From: Pyrinomonadaceae bacterium
GTDB taxonomy: Bacteria; Acidobacteriota; Blastocatellia; Pyrinomonadales; Pyrinomonadaceae
DNA length: 64,000 nucleotides
Assembly (NCBI GenBank): GCA_019694395.1
Contig: JAIBCC010000003.1
Location: 1-64,000, forward strand
Direction: 5' to 3'
Shown: positions 57,355 to 64,000 of the stretch, in pieces
Layout: each line of letters starts with the position of its first letter
How positions within the stretch are numbered: position 1 is the first letter of the stretch
Notes under the pieces: generated by a model
Told to the model about the DNA's origin: nothing
What the model saw: the letters and a program-made list of their open reading frames with translations, nothing else
Databases searched by the model: none
Translations under genes and position numbers: made by a program

Positions 57355-57610
57355 GGTCGCGGAAACGCAAGCATATAAAGGAAATTGGAACCACAGATGA
57401 ACACAGATAAAGACAGATTTTTTAACAGGGATGGACAAGATGAAGAGGGATAAATTCATAGGCAGAAACGCGAGTGTGAACGAGCGTGTCAGAAGTTACG
57501 GAGATACACGCTTCCTAACGGTCGCGTTTCCGCCTATCACTTTCATCCCATTAAACCCTGTTAAATCTATCTCTTATTTGAGTTTATCTGTGTCAATCTG
57601 TGGTTAAAAA
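57355..57610. promoter_or_regulatory. Highly structured 5' region of the PFOR gene with interleaved long-range inverted repeats
   Basis: Interleaved A-B-A'-B' inverted-repeat arms at 57355/57391 and 57520/57548. Arms listed under Findings. Confidence 0.5.
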
Positions 57611-57621
57611 TTCACAAAAAA

Positions 57622-60600
57622 ATGAAAGACGAAAAACAAAATATTGTAACTCTCGACGGAAACGAAGCGGCGGTTTATGTCGCGTATCGAATTAACGAAG
57701 TTTGTGCGATCTATCCGATCACGCCTTCGTCGGCGATGGCTGAATTTGCCGATGAATGGTCGGCGAAAGGCATTAAAAATATTTGGGGAAACACGCCCGA
57801 AGTCATTGAAATGCAGTCGGAAGGCGGTGCGGCGGGAACGGTTCACGGTGCGTTGCAGACGGGAAGTTTGACGACGACTTTTACCGCTTCGCAGGGTTTG
57901 ATGCTGATGCTGCCGAATATGTATAAGATCGCGGGCGAACTCACGTCGGCGGTTTTTCACGTTGCGGCTCGCAGTTTGGCGGCTCAGGCGTTGTCAATTT
58001 TCGGCGACCATCAAGACGTAATGGCGGCTCGCACGACCGGATTTGCGATGCTCGCGGCGGCGAGCGTGCAGGAAGCTCACGATATGGCGTTAATTGCTCA
58101 AGCCGCAACACTTAGAGCGAGAATTCCGTTCATTCATTTCTTCGACGGTTTTCGCACTTCGCACGAAGTCAACAAGATAAATTTCCTTTCCGACGAACAA
58201 ATTCGGGCGATGATTGACGATGATCTGGTAATCGCACACCGAAATCGCGGACTCAATCCCGAACGACCTTTCATTCGCGGAACTGCTCAAAATCCCGACG
58301 TTTATTTCCAAGGACGCGAAACCGTAAACGCCTTTTATGCCGCAGTTCCAAGCATTTTGAAAGAAGAAATGCGGAAGTTTTACGAACTCACCGGACGCGA
58401 ATATTCGACGGTCAAATATTACGGTGCGGCTGATGCCGAAAACATCATTGTGATAATGGGTTCGGGCGTTGAAACCGCCGCCGAAACTGCCGAATTTCTG
58501 TCAAGGAACGGTGAAAAAACGGGAGTGATTCAAATTTCACTTTATCGCCCGTTTCCGAGCGAAGATTTCATCGCCGCAGTTCCGAAAACCGTTAATAACA
58601 TCGCCGTTTTAGACCGCACGAAAGAATCGGGTGCGACGGGCGAACCGATGTATCAAGACGTGATGGTCACGTTTATGGAAGCGTTGGCGAAAGGCGAAGT
58701 TGGTGCGATGCCGAAAATTATCGGCGGACGTTACGGGCTTTCTTCCAAAGAATGGACACCCGCGATGGTCAAAGGCGTTTTCGACAATTTGCAAGCCGAA
58801 ACCACGAAAAATCATTTCACTGTCGGCATCAATGACGATGTGACGAACACAAGCATTCCGTTCGATCCATCGTTCAAACTAGACGAATCAGATTGGACGC
58901 AAGCCTTGTTTTTCGGACTCGGAGCGGACGGAACGGTCGGTGCAAATAAAAACAGCATTAAGATCATCGGCGAAAATACCGAACTTTCCGCTCAAGGATA
59001 TTTCGTTTACGACTCGAAAAAATCGGGTGCAAAAACTGTTTCGCATCTTCGTTTCGGTAAGAAACCGATCAAAGCTCCGTATCTGATTACAAAGGCAGAC
59101 TTTATCGCTTGTCATCAGTTCAATTTTGTTGAAAAAGAAGAAATGCTGTCGTTTGCGAAAGACGGTGCGACATTTTTGCTCAATTCTCCTTATGACAAGA
59201 CGGAAGTTTGGGACAAATTACCGCTCAAAGTTCAGCAAGCAATTTTGGACAAAAACATTAAATTATTCGTTATTGACGCGACCGACGTTGCCCGAAAAAC
59301 GGGAATGGCGGGCAGAATCAACACGATCATGCAGACTTGTTTCTTTGAACTTTCGGGAGTTCTTCCGCCCGAAGAAGCGATTTCGCAGATCAAACACGCG
59401 ATTGAAAAAACGTATTTCAAAAAAGGACGTTCCGTAATTGAAAAGAATTTTGTCGCGGTCGATCAAACGCTCGAAAATCTTTTTGAAGTCGAAATTCCTG
59501 CGAAAATTACGGCGGTTGCGGCGGCATCGAACGGTTCGGTGACGAAAAACGCACCGGACTTTTTCAAAAACGTAACTTCAATCATGATCGCAGGTTACGG
59601 CGATGAAATTCCTGTCAGTGCGATGCCGATTGACGGAACTTATCCGAGCGGAACTTCAAAATTTGAAAAAAGAAATGTTTCAAACCGCATCGCCGTTTGG
59701 GACGAAGCGAACTGTATTCAATGCGGAAATTGCAGTTTTGTCTGCCCGCATTCGGTCATTCGCTCGAAATTTTTTCACCGCGATTATCTTGCAAACGCTC
59801 CCGAAAATTTCCAATCTGCACCGATCAACGCCCGCGGGTTTCCCGAAACGAAATATTCTTTGCAGGTTTATCTGGAAGACTGCACGGGCTGTAATTTGTG
59901 CCACGAAGTTTGTCCGGTCGAAGAAAGAACGAATGGTAACAAACGTGCTATCAACATTTTAGACAAACCGTTGGATTTAGACACCGAACGAAAGAAGATC
60001 GAATTTTTTGAAAATCTTCCAAACAATGATCGTCCAGATGTTAATTTTTCGACCGTTCACGGCGTTCAATTTCTCGAACCGATGTTTGAATTTTCTGGTG
60101 CGTGTGCGGGTTGCGGCGAAACGCCATACATCAAGGTTTTAACACAACTTTTCGGCGACCGTTTGTTAGTTGCAAATGCGACGGGTTGTTCTTCGATTTA
60201 CGGCGGAAATTTGCCGACCACGCCTTGGGCGAAAAACTCGAAAGGTCAAGGTCCGGCTTGGTCGAATTCGCTTTTTGAAGATAACGCCGAGTTCGGTCTC
60301 GGAATGCGGATGAGTGCCGATAAACAGCTTTCGACGGCGCATCAATTATTGAAAATTTTGAAGCCTGAGTTAGGTGAAGATTTCGTCAATGATTTGATGA
60401 ACGCACCGCAAGTTTTGGAAAGTGAAATCACGGCTCAACGTGTTCGAGTTCAACAACTTAAAGAAAAACTCGCGGCGATGAATGCAAGCGAAGCGAAGCA
60501 TCTTTTATCAGTTGCAGATCAGTTAGTTCACCGCAGTATTTGGCTCATCGGCGGCGACGGTTGGGCTTATGACATCGGTGCGGGCGGACTCGATCACGCA

Positions 60601-61200
60601 CTTGCGAGCGGGAAAAATATCAACGTTTTGGTTTTGGACACCGAAGTTTATTCAAACACCGGCGGACAAAGTTCAAAGGCAACTCCAACTGCGGCAAGCG
60701 CAAAATTTGCGGCGGCAGGCAAGCGAGTCGGCAAAAAAGATTTGGCGATGCAGGCGATTTCTTACGGAAATGTTTATGTCGCACAAGTCGCCATGGGAGC
60801 AAATCCGCAGCAATTTTTGTTGGCGTTGCGCGAAGCTGAAGCATACAACGGACCTTCGTTGATTTTAGCTTACAGTCATTGTATCGCTCACGGAATCGAA
60901 ATGGATAAAGGTTTGCGTCAACAGCATTTAGCCGTTCACAGCGGATATTTTCCGCTCATTCGCTACAATCCTGTTTTGCGTAAGAAAAACTTGAATCCGT
61001 TCGTTTTGGATTCGGCAAAACCGACAATTTCTTTGCGTGATTATGCTTATAACGAATTGCGTTACAAAGTTTTGACGCAGACCAATCCCGAAGAAGCCGA
61101 GCGATTGATGAAACTGGCACAGGAAATTGTTGATCTGCGTTGGAAAACTTATGAAGATATGGCTGGATTCGGGGCGAGTTCGTTTGCTCCTGTTTTTTGA
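57622..61200 (+). CDS. nifJ: Pyruvate:ferredoxin (flavodoxin) oxidoreductase, single-chain
   Basis: ORF of 1192 aa. Ferredoxin domain CIQCGNCSFVCPHSVIR and CTGCNLCHEVCP, and TPP-binding region GGDGWAYDIG. Overall architecture matches ~1200-aa PFOR enzymes. Confidence 0.95.
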   Translation: MKDEKQNIVTLDGNEAAVYVAYRINEVCAIYPITPSSAMAEFADEWSAKGIKNIWGNTPEVIEMQSEGGAAGTVHGALQTGSLTTTFTASQGLMLMLPNMYKIAGELTSAVFHVAARSLAAQALSIFGDHQDVMAARTTGFAMLAAASVQEAHDMALIAQAATLRARIPFIHFFDGFRTSHEVNKINFLSDEQIRAMIDDDLVIAHRNRGLNPERPFIRGTAQNPDVYFQGRETVNAFYAAVPSILKEEMRKFYELTGREYSTVKYYGAADAENIIVIMGSGVETAAETAEFLSRNGEKTGVIQISLYRPFPSEDFIAAVPKTVNNIAVLDRTKESGATGEPMYQDVMVTFMEALAKGEVGAMPKIIGGRYGLSSKEWTPAMVKGVFDNLQAETTKNHFTVGINDDVTNTSIPFDPSFKLDESDWTQALFFGLGADGTVGANKNSIKIIGENTELSAQGYFVYDSKKSGAKTVSHLRFGKKPIKAPYLITKADFIACHQFNFVEKEEMLSFAKDGATFLLNSPYDKTEVWDKLPLKVQQAILDKNIKLFVIDATDVARKTGMAGRINTIMQTCFFELSGVLPPEEAISQIKHAIEKTYFKKGRSVIEKNFVAVDQTLENLFEVEIPAKITAVAAASNGSVTKNAPDFFKNVTSIMIAGYGDEIPVSAMPIDGTYPSGTSKFEKRNVSNRIAVWDEANCIQCGNCSFVCPHSVIRSKFFHRDYLANAPENFQSAPINARGFPETKYSLQVYLEDCTGCNLCHEVCPVEERTNGNKRAINILDKPLDLDTERKKIEFFENLPNNDRPDVNFSTVHGVQFLEPMFEFSGACAGCGETPYIKVLTQLFGDRLLVANATGCSSIYGGNLPTTPWAKNSKGQGPAWSNSLFEDNAEFGLGMRMSADKQLSTAHQLLKILKPELGEDFVNDLMNAPQVLESEITAQRVRVQQLKEKLAAMNASEAKHLLSVADQLVHRSIWLIGGDGWAYDIGAGGLDHALASGKNINVLVLDTEVYSNTGGQSSKATPTAASAKFAAAGKRVGKKDLAMQAISYGNVYVAQVAMGANPQQFLLALREAEAYNGPSLILAYSHCIAHGIEMDKGLRQQHLAVHSGYFPLIRYNPVLRKKNLNPFVLDSAKPTISLRDYAYNELRYKVLTQTNPEEAERLMKLAQEIVDLRWKTYEDMAGFGASSFAPVF

Positions 61201-61203
61201 TAT

Positions 61204-62220
61204 TTGAGGGATTTAACCATTATGTTAGACCTAACTACAACTTACATGGGATTAAAATTGCGGTCGCCGTTGGTGGTTTCTGCAAATCCTTTATCGGAAA
61301 AAATCGAAAATATTCTGGCGATGGAAGATGCCGGAGCTGGCGCGGTAGTTTTGTTTTCGCTTTTTGAAGAACAAATTCGCGCCGAAGCCGCCAAAGTTGA
61401 GAGAGTTCAGCGAGCTACAAGCAATATTTTCGCGGAAATGACAGGTTTTTTCCCTGATTTAGATGAATATCCGATTGGAACGGCGCAATATCTTGAACTC
61501 ATCCGAGAGGCAAAGTCACGCACCAATATTCCGATTATTGCAAGTCTCAACGGCATCACGCCCGAAGGTTGGATAGAATACGCCCGTGACATTGAACAAG
61601 CAGGAGCGGACGGTTTGGAAATCAACGTCTATTTTATTCCCGCCGATATTCGTTTAAAACCAGAAGATGTTGAAAAACGCTATCTGGATATTGTTAAAAT
61701 CGTCCGCGAAACGATAAATATTCCGATTGCGGTCAAACTCAATCCGTATTTTTCTTCGATTGGAAATATGGCTCACGAATTAAGTCTGGCAGGTGCGGAC
61801 GCTTTAGTTCTTTTTAACCGATTTTATCAGCCTGATTTTGATGTCAATGAACTGAAAGTTGTTCCGAATCTGAATCTGAGCCACCCCGCCGAAATCCGTT
61901 TGCCGCTTCTGTGGATTGGGGTTTTGTATGGTCGAATTCCTGTTTCTCTAGCCGCCACAACCGGAATTCACGGCGCGAGGGAATTGATCAAATATCTTCT
62001 CGCCGGAGCAGATGTTGGAATGGTCGCTTCGTCATTGCTCAAACACGGAATTCCGTGGATCAAAGACATTTTGGATGATTTGGAATTGTATTTGTTGGAT
62101 ATGCAATTTAAGTCAATAGATGCTTTCAAAGGTTTAATGAGCCAGCTTTACATTCCTGATCCAAGTGCTTATGAAAGAAGTAATTACATTCATATTATCG
62201 AAAATAAAGATTGGCGTTGA
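61204..62220 (+). CDS. Dihydroorotate-dehydrogenase-like TIM-barrel flavoprotein lacking the canonical catalytic Cys/Ser
   Basis: LDLTTTYMGLKLRSPLVVSANPLS matches the DHOD N-terminus, and GADGLEINVYFIP aligns with the DHOD N-x-S-C-P-N segment but has no Cys/Ser. The start is 4 nt after the PFOR stop. Confidence 0.6.
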   Translation: MRDLTIMLDLTTTYMGLKLRSPLVVSANPLSEKIENILAMEDAGAGAVVLFSLFEEQIRAEAAKVERVQRATSNIFAEMTGFFPDLDEYPIGTAQYLELIREAKSRTNIPIIASLNGITPEGWIEYARDIEQAGADGLEINVYFIPADIRLKPEDVEKRYLDIVKIVRETINIPIAVKLNPYFSSIGNMAHELSLAGADALVLFNRFYQPDFDVNELKVVPNLNLSHPAEIRLPLLWIGVLYGRIPVSLAATTGIHGARELIKYLLAGADVGMVASSLLKHGIPWIKDILDDLELYLLDMQFKSIDAFKGLMSQLYIPDPSAYERSNYIHIIENKDWR

Positions 62221-62320
62221 GAAAGGGTAAAAATTGTTTGAGCTAGATTCAAAAGCCGAAATTCTGTTTAGAATTTCGGCTTTTTTGATTGTAAAAAATG
62301 TCTGGCTTGATTGGTTGGAA

Positions 62321-63382
62321 TTAAGATTTAAGTGTAGCCATATCAATTACAAAGCGATATTTGATGTCGCTCTTGAGCAGGCGTTCATAAGCCTCATTTA
62401 CTCCGTCAACACCGATCAATTCAATATCTGCAGTGATGTTATGTTCAGCACAAAAATCCAGCATTTCCTGAGTTTCGGCAATTCCGCCGATGGGCGAGCC
62501 TGATAAGCTCTTACGACCGAAAATAAGTCCGAATGCCGCAACGGGAAGCGGCTTTTCAGGTGCGCCGACGAGTGTCAAATTACCGTCACGTTTGAGCAGC
62601 ATAATATAGGCATTGATGTCGTGTTGGGCGGAAACACAATCCAAAATAAAATCGAAACTGCCGAAATGTTTCTGCATTTCTTCCGCGTTTTTGGAAATAA
62701 CTACTTCATCCGCGCCGAGTCTTTTGGCATCTTCAACTTTCGACGGCGAGGTCGTGAAAACAACAACGTGTGCGCCGAGAGCTTTGGCGAATTTTACGCC
62801 CATATGTCCCAAACCGCCCAACCCGACGATGCCGACCTTTTTTCCGGGACCGACGTTCCAATGCTTCATCGGCGAATAGGTCGTGATTCCTGCACAGAGC
62901 AGCGGCGCAACTCCAGCCGGATCAATATTTTCCGGCACGCGCAGAACGAATTTTTCATCAACCACGATGCTTTCGGAATAGCCGCCATAGGTTACGCCGC
63001 CTGTGTGTTTGTCGGCTGAACCGTAGGTCAGAACCATATTCGGACAAAATTGCTCGAATCCTTCTTGACAGTCGGGACAACTTTGGTCTGAATCAACCAG
63101 ACAGCCAACGCCGACTAAATCTCCGGCTTTAAATTTCGTGACGGCTGAACCGACTTCGGTTACGCGTCCGACGATTTCGTGACCGGGAACGCACGGGTAA
63201 ACGGTCGGCATCACATCGCTCCATTCGTTACGGGCGTAGTGCAAATCCGAATGACAAATGCCGCAGTATAAAATTTCAATCGCCACGTCCTGCGGTGTAA
63301 CGGCTCGGCGGTTTATGTTCAATTGATTTAACGGGGCTTCGGCGGATTGTGCACCAAAGGCTTTAACTTCTTTCATTTCCAT
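62321..63382 (-). CDS. Zinc-dependent alcohol dehydrogenase (cinnamyl-alcohol-dehydrogenase-like MDR family)
   Basis: CGICHSDLH, GHEIVGRVTEVG, the structural-zinc Cys cluster (CPDCQEGFEQFC) and the Rossmann motif GIVGLGGLGHMGV. Confidence 0.85.
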   Translation of the reverse strand: MEMKEVKAFGAQSAEAPLNQLNINRRAVTPQDVAIEILYCGICHSDLHYARNEWSDVMPTVYPCVPGHEIVGRVTEVGSAVTKFKAGDLVGVGCLVDSDQSCPDCQEGFEQFCPNMVLTYGSADKHTGGVTYGGYSESIVVDEKFVLRVPENIDPAGVAPLLCAGITTYSPMKHWNVGPGKKVGIVGLGGLGHMGVKFAKALGAHVVVFTTSPSKVEDAKRLGADEVVISKNAEEMQKHFGSFDFILDCVSAQHDINAYIMLLKRDGNLTLVGAPEKPLPVAAFGLIFGRKSLSGSPIGGIAETQEMLDFCAEHNITADIELIGVDGVNEAYERLLKSDIKYRFVIDMATLKS

Positions 63383-63397
63383 AATTTTCCTTTTTTA

Positions 63398-64000
<603 letters not shown>

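Overview
The window is a 64 kb chromosomal segment with moderate to low GC. Its gene content suggests an Acidobacteriota-like organism, but this is a guess: it rests on a CarboxypepD_reg-type TonB-dependent receptor ending in Phe, a Ser/Thr kinase with TolB_N-like plus TPR modules, and a single-chain pyruvate:ferredoxin oxidoreductase. Housekeeping genes are clear: alaS, secA, dapB, trxC-like thioredoxin, ung, nifJ/PFOR, an aminotransferase, an emrAB-like efflux pair and a flotillin. Lineage-specific accessory stretches lie between them. The most notable items follow.

- **Giant kinase:** a 2237-aa Ser/Thr kinase carries four tandem ~475-aa (TolB_N-like + TPR) modules.
- **Secreted-protein cluster (41-48 kb):** three paralogous secreted proteins, a CarboxypepD_reg lipoprotein, an MBL/diiron-like protein and two tandem small membrane-protein paralogs.
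- **Cys-rich PqqD fusion:** a PqqD/RRE-like domain is fused in frame to a signal-peptide-like segment and a 7-Cys module.
- **Immunity-like cassette:** a SUKH-1 (Smi1/Knr4) immunity-like gene sits beside a small gene whose 3' end is duplicated as a decayed remnant.
- **PFOR operon:** PFOR is translationally coupled to a DHOD-like barrel that lacks the catalytic Cys/Ser, and a GltD-like flavoprotein nearby carries a ferredoxin tail.
- **Structured repeat:** a ~170-bp highly structured element occurs twice in opposite orientation, with compensatory stem changes between copies.
- **Intergenic hairpins:** many intergenic regions hold large hairpins whose arms are tandem arrays of 6-9-nt words, for example (GTAAAA)n, CACAGAG, GCAAAG, GTCAAAG and ACGCGAATT/GCCCGCGAA.

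No CRISPR array, rRNA or convincing tRNA gene was seen.
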